Below, piece after piece: positions 52,822 through 62,888 of a DNA stretch of 64,000 nt. The DNA comes from an uncultured Bacteroidales bacterium (GTDB lineage Bacteria; Bacteroidota; Bacteroidia; Bacteroidales; Paludibacteraceae), in NCBI GenBank assembly GCA_900319995.1, contig ONQO01000004.1, positions 531 through 64,530 on the forward strand, in the 5' to 3' direction. The notes under the pieces are model-generated. The model saw only the letters and a list, made by a program, of their open reading frames with translations. It was not told the origin of the DNA and searched no databases. Within the stretch, counting starts at the first letter, position 1, and the number at the start of each line of letters is the position of its first letter. The position numbers were made by a program, and so were the translations under genes.

Positions 52822-54687
52822 TTATCTGCCTAGCAAAACGAGTAATACGCTGATGTCATTAGGACTTACGCCTGGGATGCGTTGAGCCTCGCCGATAGAC
52901 TTCGGACGAATACGGTTTAACTTCTGGCGAGCTTCTGTGCTCAAACTTTGTACTTCGTCATAATTGAAATTATCGGCTATGCGTATTTGGTTTAAACGCT
53001 GCAGTTTGGCGGCTTCGTTTTGTTCTCTCTTGATGTAACCGGCATATTTAATTTGTATCTCGCAACTCTCAATGCATTCATCGGGTATTTGTTCTATTCT
53101 CTGTTTTAATGAGGGTACAACCTCTGCGAGTCCTTTGATGCTTATCTGAGGACGTAGAATGAGGTCGCTGATCCTGGTTCCTTCACGGAGAGAAGAACTA
53201 CCAATAGATTCCAACCATGAATCAATAGCGCCCTTTTGTATTGTCGCTGATTGCATATGCTCGATGAGTTCGTTACAAATTGATTGTTTGTGGCATAGTA
53301 AATCATATCGATACCTATCTGCCAATCCCATCTCATAACTGCGTTTGGTAAGACGTTCGTCTGCATTGTCCTGACGCAATAATATACGGTACTCGGCTCT
53401 GGAGGTGAACATGCGGTATGGCTCGTCCACGCCTTTGTTGACCAGATCATCAATGAGTACGCCTATATAACTCTCGTCCCTTCCCATCGTGAAAGGAGCA
53501 CCTCCGTGTACATTGATATGTGCATTTACACCGGCTACCAATCCTTGACCGGCAGCTTCTTCATAACCTGTTGTGCCATTTATCTGACCGGCGAAAAACA
53601 GATTTTTAATCTGTTTTGTCTCCAAGGTGTGGTGTAACTGTGTGGGGTCGAAGAAATCATACTCGATGGCATATCCCGGACGATATAGAACAACATCTTC
53701 CAATCCTTCTATTGTACGCAACCCGGCCAGTTGTATCTGCCATGGCAGACTGCTGGAGAATCCGTTTACATAATATTCGTTGCTGTCCACCCCTTCCGGC
53801 TCAATGAAAATTTGATGCGCCTCTTTGCCGGCAAATGTTACAATTTTGGTTTCTATACTCGGACAGTAACGGGGACCGATACTCTTTATCTGCCCGTTGA
53901 AAAGGGGAGAATCTGCTAATCCGGATCGCAATACTTCATGTGTACGCAGGTTGGTATAGGTAATCCAACATGGCATCTGTTTGAGTTCCCTATGTACCGT
54001 GTCCAGATAACTGAACTGATGCCAGTCTTTGTCACCGTCCTGACGGACTAGTTTATCAAAATGAATAGAACGTGCATCTATACGTGCTGGTGTTCCGGTT
54101 TTCATGCGGTCATATCTGAATCCTAAGGAAACCAATTGTTCCGTCAAACCGTGTGATGCCGGTTCCGATGTACGTCCCCCTGGTATCTGAGTTTTTCCAC
54201 AATGCATTAGTCCGTTGAGAAAAGTGCCATTGGTAAGCACTACTGCTTGCGCCTCCATCTCAATGCCTAACATGGTCTTTACTCCTATAATCTTATTATC
54301 TTTGATAATAAGACTGGTTACAATATCCTGCCAAAGGTACAAATTATCCGTATGACTCAGCACTTTGACCCATTCTTCAATGAATCGTTTGCGGTCACTT
54401 TGACTGCGTGGACTCCACATAGCCGGACCTTTACTCAGGTTGAGCAAACGGAACTGGATAGCTGTCCTGTCGGTTACAATGCCCATTTGTCCGCCCAGTG
54501 CATCTATCTCACGCACGATTTGTCCTTTAGCTATCCCTCCTACTGCGGGATTGCAACTCATCTGTGCAATCTTATTCATATCCATAGTGATAAGCAGTGT
54601 CTTGCTACCCATTCGGGCTGCCGCACTTGCTGCTTCGCATCCGGCATGGCCGGCGCCTACAACTATCACATCGTATCTAAAATCCAT
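52822..54687 (-). CDS. mnmG: tRNA uridine-5-carboxymethylaminomethyl(34) synthesis enzyme MnmG
   Basis: 621 aa. Motifs: DVIVVGAGHAGCEA, NPAVGGIAKG, GPRYCPSIE. Confidence 0.96.
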   Translation of the reverse strand: MDFRYDVIVVGAGHAGCEAASAAARMGSKTLLITMDMNKIAQMSCNPAVGGIAKGQIVREIDALGGQMGIVTDRTAIQFRLLNLSKGPAMWSPRSQSDRKRFIEEWVKVLSHTDNLYLWQDIVTSLIIKDNKIIGVKTMLGIEMEAQAVVLTNGTFLNGLMHCGKTQIPGGRTSEPASHGLTEQLVSLGFRYDRMKTGTPARIDARSIHFDKLVRQDGDKDWHQFSYLDTVHRELKQMPCWITYTNLRTHEVLRSGLADSPLFNGQIKSIGPRYCPSIETKIVTFAGKEAHQIFIEPEGVDSNEYYVNGFSSSLPWQIQLAGLRTIEGLEDVVLYRPGYAIEYDFFDPTQLHHTLETKQIKNLFFAGQINGTTGYEEAAGQGLVAGVNAHINVHGGAPFTMGRDESYIGVLIDDLVNKGVDEPYRMFTSRAEYRILLRQDNADERLTKRSYEMGLADRYRYDLLCHKQSICNELIEHMQSATIQKGAIDSWLESIGSSSLREGTRISDLILRPQISIKGLAEVVPSLKQRIEQIPDECIESCEIQIKYAGYIKREQNEAAKLQRLNQIRIADNFNYDEVQSLSTEARQKLNRIRPKSIGEAQRIPGVSPNDISVLLVLLGR

Positions 54688-54702
54688 AGTTATCTTTGTT
54701 TT

Positions 54703-55137
54703 CTATCGTTTTGTCCGATGAAACCATCGCCATTTACCACTAAAACTGCCGGAACTGATGGTCCTTGTTTGCGGCAGGAAAGCATTCTCAAGATGATTCT
54801 TATATGTTATTTCGTTTGTCTGCGCATCTATAATAATTCCAATGATATCAAACCTCGGTTGCTTCTCTATTTTATGGTACTTAATGTAGGCGTTAGCAGC
54901 TGCAACCATGTGTTTTCTCTTGATTTCATCGACATATTCTTCGGGCATTTTGTTGCTAAATGCACTAGTTCTTGCTTTCACTTCCGCAAACACAATCTCT
55001 TTTCGGTTTTCTGCTATCAAATCTAATTCCAGATGTCCCATACGCCAGTTACGCTCCAAGATACGGAAACCTTTCTTTTCCAGTATTTCGGCTGCTTCAT
55101 TCTCTCCGATGATTGCTATGGGATTAGTGACAAACAT
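54703..55137 (-). CDS. yraN: YraN-family (UPF0102) endonuclease
   Basis: GENEAAEILEKKGFRILERNWRMGHLELDLIAENRKEIVFAEVKART. Confidence 0.8.
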   Translation of the reverse strand: MFVTNPIAIIGENEAAEILEKKGFRILERNWRMGHLELDLIAENRKEIVFAEVKARTSAFSNKMPEEYVDEIKRKHMVAAANAYIKYHKIEKQPRFDIIGIIIDAQTNEITYKNHLENAFLPQTRTISSGSFSGKWRWFHRTKR

Positions 55138-55138
55138 A

Positions 55139-56602
55139 TTATCTCAATTGCTCCATGCGTGCTGCATCTAACCGCAGCAAAATAAACAACAACAATGTAA
55201 ATCCCCAAAGTGAACTACCTCCGTAACTGAAGAAAGGAAGCGGAATACCGATAACAGGTAATAATCCTAATACCATACCTACGTTGATCATGAGATGGAA
55301 GAGGAATATACTTGCAACAGCGTAGGCATAGATGCGAGTGGATTCGCTACGTTGCCGTTCTGCGATTGCAATCAGCCGTAAGATGAAGAGCAGATATACC
55401 AATAATACTCCGATGGATCCGATGAACCCCCATTCTTCACCGACCGTGCAGAAAATAAAATCAGTGTCCTGCTCTGGCACAAACTGCAGTTTTGTCTGCG
55501 TTCCGTTCAAGTATCCTTTCCCAAACAGCCGTCCTGATCCAATTGCTATTCGTGCTTGATTGACATTATAACCTGCTCCGGCGGGGTCTTCTTTCATACC
55601 CAACAGAACCTCTATACGAATGCGTTGATGCGGTTGCAATACTTTTGAAAATACGTACTCGCACGCATGTGTATATCCGATGCAGAAGAGTGTAAATGCC
55701 GCTACGACCAACAGACTGTACTTACGCCAATATATGCTGATAAATGTGTTATAAAGTACCAGCACAATGACTATTCCCATGGATATCCAATTGAATGGCA
55801 CTGCTTTCCATATGTTGACAATCAGGCTGATACCATATATTGCTCCCACGCTGCTAACGAGTATTAGCGCCTGAAAACGCATGGGATGTTCTTTACAGAT
55901 GAAGTATATTTCTACGGTTGTTAGTAACAACATACACGCCAATATTCCCACGTTTCCGTTGCCCAACGGAAGTGCTGTACCGCCCCATCGGATACTAATG
56001 ATGAATAGTGCCACGGCTGCCACGCATATCCATAACACGTGTCCGCTCATCCCCTGACGGTAGAAGACCAAAAGGAAGGCAGCAAAAACGAGTGCAGAAC
56101 CGGTTTCTTTTTGCAATACCATAATAATCATCATGGGAACGCCTATGAGAACAAAAGGTACGATGAGATCGCGCCAACTTCTCAGTTTGTATTCATATCG
56201 TCCCATATATTTGGCAATAGCCAAAGCAACGATGCATTTAGCAAATTCTGCCGGTTGCAAATTTACGGGCCCGATGGTTATCCATGACATCGATCCTTTG
56301 ATATTATGCGCAAGGAAAGGTGTGGCAAGCAGAAGCAAGAGCATTGCAGCATACGCAATATATGCAAGCACATCGTAAGTTTTATAGTCAAGCAGCAGTA
56401 GCACGATACCCAAAACAAGTGAACCTAGAATCCATACGAACTGCTTGCCGGCGCGGTTGGAAAAATCAAAGATACTGGTTTGGTCAAACGTATAGCTGGC
56501 TCCATATATATTCAGCCATCCGAAAAAAACCAGACCGAGAAAAAGTCCGATGGTTACCCAGTCCACATTCCGTAATATGTTACCACTTCTTGACGCTCTC
56601 AT
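55139..56602 (-). CDS. rodA: Peptidoglycan glycosyltransferase RodA (SEDS family)
   Basis: 487 aa and multi-TM. Motifs: QPAEFAK, DTDFIF, PFFSYGGSS. Confidence 0.9.
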   Translation of the reverse strand: MRASRSGNILRNVDWVTIGLFLGLVFFGWLNIYGASYTFDQTSIFDFSNRAGKQFVWILGSLVLGIVLLLLDYKTYDVLAYIAYAAMLLLLLATPFLAHNIKGSMSWITIGPVNLQPAEFAKCIVALAIAKYMGRYEYKLRSWRDLIVPFVLIGVPMMIIMVLQKETGSALVFAAFLLVFYRQGMSGHVLWICVAAVALFIISIRWGGTALPLGNGNVGILACMLLLTTVEIYFICKEHPMRFQALILVSSVGAIYGISLIVNIWKAVPFNWISMGIVIVLVLYNTFISIYWRKYSLLVVAAFTLFCIGYTHACEYVFSKVLQPHQRIRIEVLLGMKEDPAGAGYNVNQARIAIGSGRLFGKGYLNGTQTKLQFVPEQDTDFIFCTVGEEWGFIGSIGVLLVYLLFILRLIAIAERQRSESTRIYAYAVASIFLFHLMINVGMVLGLLPVIGIPLPFFSYGGSSLWGFTLLLFILLRLDAARMEQLR

Positions 56603-58418
56603 TGAGTATAGTGTTTGCCATTCTTTTACGTAGATCTTTGCGTTTTACTTCTCCTGTAAGATATTGTTCTAACATCATACTTGCAATAGGGCATGCCCAG
56701 GAAGCTCCAAATCCTGCGTTTTCAACGACAACAGCCACGGCTATCTGAGGATTCTCCAAGGGAGCAAAACCAATAAAGATGGCATGGTCTTTGCCGTGTG
56801 GGTTCTGCACTGTTCCTGTTTTTCCTGCCATATGCAGGCTATCAATAGCATAGTGTCGTCCTGTTCCATAGACCATCACGCGGTGCATACCTTCTTTAAC
56901 TACCTCAAAATGCTCTTTTCTAATATCCAATTCATGCCGATGAATCCGCATGGAATCGTTTTTGTTGAGGTGCGGTGTGATATAGTACCCTCCATTGGCA
57001 ATAGTGGCAGCTTGATTGGCCAACTGCAGCGGAGTTACTTCTATTTCCCCTTGCCCGATACTGAGCGACCGGATGGTAATAGCTTTCCATCCTGTCTTGC
57101 CGTACGTCCTGTCATATAATTGGGTGGAGGGGATGCTTCCAGCCGATTGTTCTCCGATATCGGAATCCGTGAATTTCTGTCCCAAACCGAAGGACATAAC
57201 GTCCTTTCGCCATAACTCATATCTTCGTCTGAAATCTTCATTGTCTTTGCCGTACCCGTCTTTTTGGAGCATGTCGCGGAAAGCGCACCAGAAATAAGGG
57301 TTACAGCTTTGCTCGATAGCTCGGTCCAATGCTACAGGTGAGCCATGGTGGTGGGTACATTTGATGGGGGAACTGCCCGGACCGGAGCAGGGGTAGAGTG
57401 TATTTGGTGTGATCGCACCTTCTTGCAGGCATACCAGAGCCTGTATAGTTTTGAAAGTCGAACCGGGAGAATATCTTGCCTGCGTGGCGCGGTTCATCAA
57501 TGGTTTAGTAGGGTCTTGAAGCAGGGAATTATAGTTCTTGCTGCGTTCTTTGCCGACCAATACTTTCGGATTCCAACTCGGATTGGAAACCAGTGCGAGA
57601 ATCTCGCCGGTTTCAGGTTCGATAGCTACGGCACTGCCAATTTTTCCGGATAGCAGTTCTTCCGCTAACAACTGCAACCGGATGTCTAACGTAGTATGTA
57701 AATCTATACCTGCTTTCGCCTTTCTATCAAGTGCTCCGTCCCGGTAACTGCCCTGCATGCGTCCACGTGAATCACGAAGTAGTATTTCCACTCCTTTCTC
57801 TCCGCGCAACTGTTTTTCGTATGTCCTCTCTAATCCGTCGCGTCCGGAATAGTCGCCACGCGAGTAAAAAGCATCGCGGTCCAAGTCGTTTTGGTTCACT
57901 TCCCCCACAGAGCCCAAGACATGTGCGGCAGCTTTGTAGGTATAGTCGCGCAGTGTACGTTTCCTCAAATGTGTACCGGGGAACATAAACAGGGATTCTT
58001 GCAGTGTAGCGATGTCCTCTTTTTTTAATTGGCTCATGAATATCTGCGGAGTCCAGGTGGAATAGCCCTTGTTTTTGCGCTTGTCTTTTATCTCTGCTAT
58101 GCGTGCATCAAAATCTTCTTTGCTGATATTCAAATAGTTGCAAAAGGACAATGTATCCCAATCCTTTCCCATTTCGCGCATAACCATTGTAATTTCGTAG
58201 ATGGGTTGGTTAAATACTAACAATTCGCCGTTCCGGTCATAAATCAATCCTCGGGACGGATAAATCGTTTGTTTGACCAATGCATTGTTGTCCGCTTGGT
58301 CTTTTGTGGACTGGTCAATGATTTGCAGATAAAAAAGCCGGATTATATACGTCAAAACGATAACAACGGCAATGCCGCTGATAACATATCGGCGTCTATA
58401 ATACTGGTCATTAATCAT
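56580..58418 (-). CDS. mrdA: Penicillin-binding protein 2
   Basis: 612 aa. Motifs: STFK (SPGSTFKT), an SxN-type region, and KTGT (GKTGTVQ). Confidence 0.93.
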   Translation of the reverse strand: MINDQYYRRRYVISGIAVVIVLTYIIRLFYLQIIDQSTKDQADNNALVKQTIYPSRGLIYDRNGELLVFNQPIYEITMVMREMGKDWDTLSFCNYLNISKEDFDARIAEIKDKRKNKGYSTWTPQIFMSQLKKEDIATLQESLFMFPGTHLRKRTLRDYTYKAAAHVLGSVGEVNQNDLDRDAFYSRGDYSGRDGLERTYEKQLRGEKGVEILLRDSRGRMQGSYRDGALDRKAKAGIDLHTTLDIRLQLLAEELLSGKIGSAVAIEPETGEILALVSNPSWNPKVLVGKERSKNYNSLLQDPTKPLMNRATQARYSPGSTFKTIQALVCLQEGAITPNTLYPCSGPGSSPIKCTHHHGSPVALDRAIEQSCNPYFWCAFRDMLQKDGYGKDNEDFRRRYELWRKDVMSFGLGQKFTDSDIGEQSAGSIPSTQLYDRTYGKTGWKAITIRSLSIGQGEIEVTPLQLANQAATIANGGYYITPHLNKNDSMRIHRHELDIRKEHFEVVKEGMHRVMVYGTGRHYAIDSLHMAGKTGTVQNPHGKDHAIFIGFAPLENPQIAVAVVVENAGFGASWACPIASMMLEQYLTGEVKRKDLRKRMANTILNESVKKW

Positions 58419-58909
58419 CTGTACTTCAAAGAATTATATCCTATTATAGCAAGAATGGTTATTATGCTGCTAACTACGGTTTCCATCAGAACAAACCATA
58501 AATGGCTCCAACTCCACGCAGCAATCATGAATACTGTCAGATGATGGATAACTACAAGCAATCCGATGTATTTGATGAATCCGCCCATTCCTATTGCGCG
58601 CAGACATATTTGTTCGTTTAAGCGATCAGTATCGCTGACGATAGCGTTCAAAATGTACGGACGCAGAAACATAATAAGGATGCAACTGGCCATGTGTATT
58701 CCAAGCGAATTACAGAAAATATCCATAATCAGTCCCACTGCGGCACCAATCAGCATGTCTGCGCTGCGCGGAAGGGTAATCGGCATCATCAGCAGGCACA
58801 ATACATATATATACGGATGGCATGCGCCCCATAACTGCAATTGGTCAAAAAGCAGCACTTGCAGCATCATTACCACAATGTATCGCACAATCTGTTTAGT
58901 CCAATCCAT
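58415..58909 (-). CDS. mreD: Rod shape-determining protein MreD
   Basis: 164 aa with 5 TM helices, placed between mreC and mrdA. Confidence 0.8.
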   Translation of the reverse strand: MDWTKQIVRYIVVMMLQVLLFDQLQLWGACHPYIYVLCLLMMPITLPRSADMLIGAAVGLIMDIFCNSLGIHMASCILIMFLRPYILNAIVSDTDRLNEQICLRAIGMGGFIKYIGLLVVIHHLTVFMIAAWSWSHLWFVLMETVVSSIITILAIIGYNSLKYR

Positions 58910-59687
58910 CTGTCAACTCCTCCAATTCTTGTAGGTGTGTGTTCTGTACTACTTCTACATATTTCAGTCTTTTGAAATCCGTCTGCAAACGCACACGTAT
59001 AGTGTAATACGAATCGCCTTCTTTCAAAATGCAATTATCGACGATTCCAACGGGTATTCCTTCAGGGAAAACAGGGCTCAAACCGCTTGTAACAATCGTA
59101 TCACCTTCCCTAACGATGACATGGGAAGCAACGTCCACCAATTGTGCAAAGCGGTAGTCTTTACCATCCCATTGCAATGTGGCGATATAGTCATTCTTTG
59201 CAAAACGGCAACTCAGATTGGTGTGGGTATTGATAATAGGCAGAATGACGCTGTAATTTAGACCGACAGTGCGTACAATGCCTATTGTACCTTCACTATT
59301 CATTACTCCTTGACCGCGTTGAATGCCGTCTCTGCTTCCCCGGTTGATGGTCAGATAATTATGCAATTTGTCTGTAGTCATCTGTACCACTTTGGCACTC
59401 TCGTAATGAATGGAATCTGCTTTTGAGGTCGAATCCATTAGGCAAATCTGATTGCGTAAGGCGGCATTTTCCGCAGCCAGTAGTTCGTTTTGGCTACGAA
59501 GACTGAAATACTCGCGTACGTTGCTGACAAGCTCGTACTGCCATGCCACAAAATTATTGGCAGTACTAAACATGCTGCTGCGAGGTGCAGCATTATTGAG
59601 GCTGATTAGCATAAATGCAGCAACTTCCAAGGCGATGAAGACAAGGAAGTTGCTATAGCGCAGCAGTATTTTCAGCAAAGTCTGCAT
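58896..59687 (-). CDS. mreC: Rod shape-determining protein MreC
   Basis: 263 aa. N-terminal TM helix, a coiled coil (NELLAAENAALRNQ), and GDTIVTSGLS..FPEGIPVG. Confidence 0.88.
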   Translation of the reverse strand: MQTLLKILLRYSNFLVFIALEVAAFMLISLNNAAPRSSMFSTANNFVAWQYELVSNVREYFSLRSQNELLAAENAALRNQICLMDSTSKADSIHYESAKVVQMTTDKLHNYLTINRGSRDGIQRGQGVMNSEGTIGIVRTVGLNYSVILPIINTHTNLSCRFAKNDYIATLQWDGKDYRFAQLVDVASHVIVREGDTIVTSGLSPVFPEGIPVGIVDNCILKEGDSYYTIRVRLQTDFKRLKYVEVVQNTHLQELEELTDGLD

Positions 59688-59703
59688 AATCCGCTGTCAG
59701 TGC

Positions 59704-60723
59704 TTATCGAAGCAGGAAGCCAAAGTTATTCACGTTCTTTAGAGCCACTCCTGTTCCGCGGGCAACTGAATGCAGAGGATCGTCAGCCACATGGAACTGA
59801 ATAGTAATCTTGTCTGTCAGACGTCGAGCCAGGCCATGCAGCAGTGCTCCACCCCCCGTAAGATAGATACCACGTTTCACGATATCCGAGTACAACTCGG
59901 GTGGAGTGGTCTCTAGAGCTTGAAGAATAGCACCTTCTATCTTGCTTACACTTTTCTCCAGACAGTGCGCAATTTCCTGATAACTTACAGGAACCTGCAT
60001 AGGAAGTGCTGTCACTTTGTTCGGACCAACCACAACGAAGTCTTCCGGTGCATCTTCCAGTTCTGGTAAAGCCGAACCAACTTGTATCTTGATTCGCTCA
60101 GCCGTTGGTTCATCTATACGGAGGTTGTGCATACGGCCCATGTATTCGATAATATCCTGATTGAAATCGTCACCGGCAATCTTGATGGATTTGTTGCTGA
60201 CGATGCCACCGAGAGAGATGACAGCGATTTCGGTAGTACCGCCGCCTATATCAACTATCATGCATCCTTCAGGACTCTCTACATCAATGCCGATACCGAT
60301 AGCTGCAGCCATAGGCTCATAAATCATGTATATGTCACGTCCACCTGCATGTTCCGAACTATCGCGCACGGCTCGAATCTCCACTTCGGTAGAGCCCGAA
60401 GGAATACAAACTACCATGCGGATGGATGGTGAGAACAGACGAGTCTGTTTCGGAATCATCTTAATCATGCCCCTAACCATCATTTCGCATGCATAGAAAT
60501 CTGCAATCACGCCGTCACGCAGCGGGCGAACAGTACGAATCATCGTTCCACCCTTACCGATCATTTGTTGTGCCTTACGGCCTACGGCAACCATTTTGTT
60601 GTCTGACATTGAGATGGCCACTACGGACGGTTCGTCAACGACAATTTTGTCGTCGCACATAATAATCGTGTTCGCCGTTCCCAGGTCAATGGCTATCTCC
60701 TGAGTAAAAGAAAAAAGTCCCAT
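59704..60723 (-). CDS. mreB: Rod shape-determining protein MreB
   Basis: Start MGLFSFTQEIAIDLGTANT at 60723. Motifs: DIGGGTTE and GIYLTGGGALL. Confidence 0.95.
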   Translation of the reverse strand: MGLFSFTQEIAIDLGTANTIIMCDDKIVVDEPSVVAISMSDNKMVAVGRKAQQMIGKGGTMIRTVRPLRDGVIADFYACEMMVRGMIKMIPKQTRLFSPSIRMVVCIPSGSTEVEIRAVRDSSEHAGGRDIYMIYEPMAAAIGIGIDVESPEGCMIVDIGGGTTEIAVISLGGIVSNKSIKIAGDDFNQDIIEYMGRMHNLRIDEPTAERIKIQVGSALPELEDAPEDFVVVGPNKVTALPMQVPVSYQEIAHCLEKSVSKIEGAILQALETTPPELYSDIVKRGIYLTGGGALLHGLARRLTDKITIQFHVADDPLHSVARGTGVALKNVNNFGFLLR

Positions 60724-60761
60724 ATATGTATTGTTTTTAATGCACAATCCGAAAAATTGCG

Positions 60762-60793
60762 CAAAGTTACAACTTTTTTTTCATATATGCAAG
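60762..60793 (-). promoter_or_regulatory. mreB operon promoter (-7 TAACTTTG, -33 CTTG)
   Basis: caaagtta at 60762-60769 and caag at 60790-60793. Confidence 0.6.
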
Positions 60794-60821
60794 CGCGCGC
60801 GATTTTTTTTTATTTTTATAA

Positions 60822-60856
60822 AGAAAAAAAGAGTGACGTTTTTTGTCTCGTCACTC
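60822..60856 (-). terminator. Terminator after tRNA-Asn
   Basis: gagtgacg (60831-60838) pairs with cgtcactc (60849-60856). A T-run follows on the minus strand. Confidence 0.6.
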
Positions 60857-60859
60857 CTG

Positions 60860-60933
60860 CGCTCCCTCTAGGACTTGAACCTAGGACCCCCTGATTAACA
60901 GTCAGATGCTCTAACCGACTGAGCTAAGGAAGC
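60860..60933 (-). tRNA. tRNA-Asn (anticodon GTT)
   Basis: Minus strand reads GCTTCCTTAGCTCAGTCGGTTAGAGCATCTGACTGTTAATCAGGGGGTCCTAGGTTCAAGTCCTAGAGGGAGCG. The 7-bp acceptor stem pairs GCTTCCT with AGGGAGC. The anticodon loop is CTGTTAA. The T-arm is CTAGG-TTCAAGT-CCTAG. No CCA is encoded. Confidence 0.93.
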
Positions 60934-60979
60934 ATTGATTTTTCACAACCAATTTTTCTTTCATTTTCGAAAGCGGGTG

Positions 60980-61011
60980 CAAAAGTACTGCTTTTTTTTT
61001 ATATATGCAAG
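60980..61011 (-). promoter_or_regulatory. tRNA-Asn promoter (-7 TACTTTTG, -33 CTTG)
   Basis: caaaagta at 60980-60987 and caag at 61008-61011. Confidence 0.6.
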
Positions 61012-61031
61012 TTTTTTTCAAAAAAAATTCG

Positions 61032-61039
61032 TATCTTTG
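61032..61039 (+). promoter_or_regulatory. -7 box TATCTTTG upstream of the adenosine kinase gene
   Basis: tatctttg lies 48 nt before the ATG. No clean -33 TTTG is present. Confidence 0.45.
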
Positions 61040-61086
61040 CAAAGTTTTTTGATTTTTAACCCATTTTTGGACAAAAAATAATACAA

Positions 61087-62091
61087 ATGAAGAAAATTTT
61101 AGGTTTAGGGAACGCACTTACTGATATCCTTCTTCAGGTTAGCGAGGACGATTTGCGTGAACTCGGATTTCCGAAAGGGAGTATGAACCTTATCTCCAAA
61201 GATCAGGCAGAACAAATTCAGTATCGTTTTCTGTCGGTACGGAAAAGGATGGTAGCCGGCGGTTCGGCGTCCAATGCCGTCAATTGTGTCGCTGCTTTGG
61301 GTGGCAAAGCGGCATTTATCGGTAAAATCGGAAATGACGAAGTGGGCGATTTCTATCGCGAGGACATGCTCAAGAATGGGGTCAAACCTATTCTGCTTCT
61401 TTCGCAGACCGCGATGTCAGGTGTATCCATTGTGCTTGTCACACCGGATGGTGAGCGTACTTTCGCTACTTACTTGGGAGCCGCCGCAGAGTTGTGCGCC
61501 GATGATATTCAAAAGGATGCTTTCAACGGCTATGATATTTTCCATATAGAGGGGTATCTGGTACAGAACCATGACTTGATTGAAAAAGCCATCCGTCTTG
61601 CCAAAGAATCCGGATGCATGGTTTCGCTTGATTTGGCTTCTTATAATGTAGTCAATGAGAATCATGCTTTTCTTAAAGAGTTGGTCAAGAAATACGTGGA
61701 TATTGTTTTTGCCAATGAGGACGAATCGTTTGCTTATACCCACCTCAATCCCGAAGAGTCGGTGCAGGTGATAGCGGAACAATGTGACATAGCGGTTGTA
61801 AAGGTGGGCAAGAATGGATCCTATGTGCAACAGGGTAGCAAGCGTCACCATATAGGCGCCATAACAACGAGTTGTACCGATTCTACCGGTGCAGGTGACC
61901 TTTTTGCCGGAGGTTTTCTCCATGCGCTGAGTGACGGTTTCGATATTCGCCGCTGTGCTGAGATTGGAACTATTGCGGCCGGACGAGTGGTAGAAATCAT
62001 CGGCACCAAGCTCTCTGATGAAACATGGGAAGAGATCCGCCGTATTTGTGCGCTATACCGTGGCTTCATGCAGAAGTATGATAAAGAATAA
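61087..62091 (+). CDS. PfkB-family carbohydrate/nucleoside kinase (adenosine kinase-like)
   Basis: 334 aa. Motifs: GGSASN and the DSTGAGDLFAGGFL anion hole. Confidence 0.8.
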   Translation: MKKILGLGNALTDILLQVSEDDLRELGFPKGSMNLISKDQAEQIQYRFLSVRKRMVAGGSASNAVNCVAALGGKAAFIGKIGNDEVGDFYREDMLKNGVKPILLLSQTAMSGVSIVLVTPDGERTFATYLGAAAELCADDIQKDAFNGYDIFHIEGYLVQNHDLIEKAIRLAKESGCMVSLDLASYNVVNENHAFLKELVKKYVDIVFANEDESFAYTHLNPEESVQVIAEQCDIAVVKVGKNGSYVQQGSKRHHIGAITTSCTDSTGAGDLFAGGFLHALSDGFDIRRCAEIGTIAAGRVVEIIGTKLSDETWEEIRRICALYRGFMQKYDKE

Positions 62092-62121
62092 TTTTCCGTT
62101 TCCTAATTTTTAATTATTCCC

Positions 62122-62853
62122 ATGAAATACCTATATTACCTATATCAATATTTGATAGCATGGCCGATTTTAGTGTTCCTCACTATTTTTACGGCCGTCT
62201 TCACCATATGTTGTTATCCGTGGCGCAACAAAGAGTTTGTGCATAAAGAGCAACAGTTTTGGTCTCGTTCTTTTTTCTGGCTTATGTTTATACCCGTTTC
62301 TTTGGACGGATCTGAGCATATCCGGCAGGGACAGAGTTATGTATTTGTAGCCAATCACCAGTCTATGTTTGATGTATGGCTTGTTTACGGCTGGCTTCCT
62401 GTAGTGTTTAAATGGCTTATGAAATCCGAGTTGCGGAAAGTGCCGTTTGTGGGGACGGCATGCAAAGCAGCAGGTCATATTTTTGTGAACCGCCGAAACG
62501 CCAAAGCGGCAATGGAGAGTTTGAAAGAGATAGAAAAACAGCTCACCAACGGAGTGTGCACTGTTATTTTTCCGGAGGGAACGCGCTCTCTTGACGGTGA
62601 GGTTGGGCGGTTCAAGCGCGGTGCATTCCAGATAGCAATAGATCTCGGACTGCCGGTTATTCCGCTTTCTTTGGACGGATGCTATGAGGCACTGCCTAAA
62701 GGGAAGCCTTTTCTAACACGTCATGCGGTGCATATGCACATAGGCGAACCGATAGATATTAAGCAATTCACGGATGCAGAGGGCAAACCGGATGCCAATG
62801 CCGCTATTGAGGCCGTGCGCAACGCGGTCATAAGCGGCAGAAAGACAAAATAA
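62122..62853 (+). CDS. plsC: 1-acyl-sn-glycerol-3-phosphate acyltransferase
   Basis: 243 aa. Motifs: NHQSMFD (HX4D) and FPEGTRS. Confidence 0.88.
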   Translation: MKYLYYLYQYLIAWPILVFLTIFTAVFTICCYPWRNKEFVHKEQQFWSRSFFWLMFIPVSLDGSEHIRQGQSYVFVANHQSMFDVWLVYGWLPVVFKWLMKSELRKVPFVGTACKAAGHIFVNRRNAKAAMESLKEIEKQLTNGVCTVIFPEGTRSLDGEVGRFKRGAFQIAIDLGLPVIPLSLDGCYEALPKGKPFLTRHAVHMHIGEPIDIKQFTDAEGKPDANAAIEAVRNAVISGRKTK

Positions 62854-62888
62854 AAAGAATTAATAACAACAAAAAAATATATAATACA

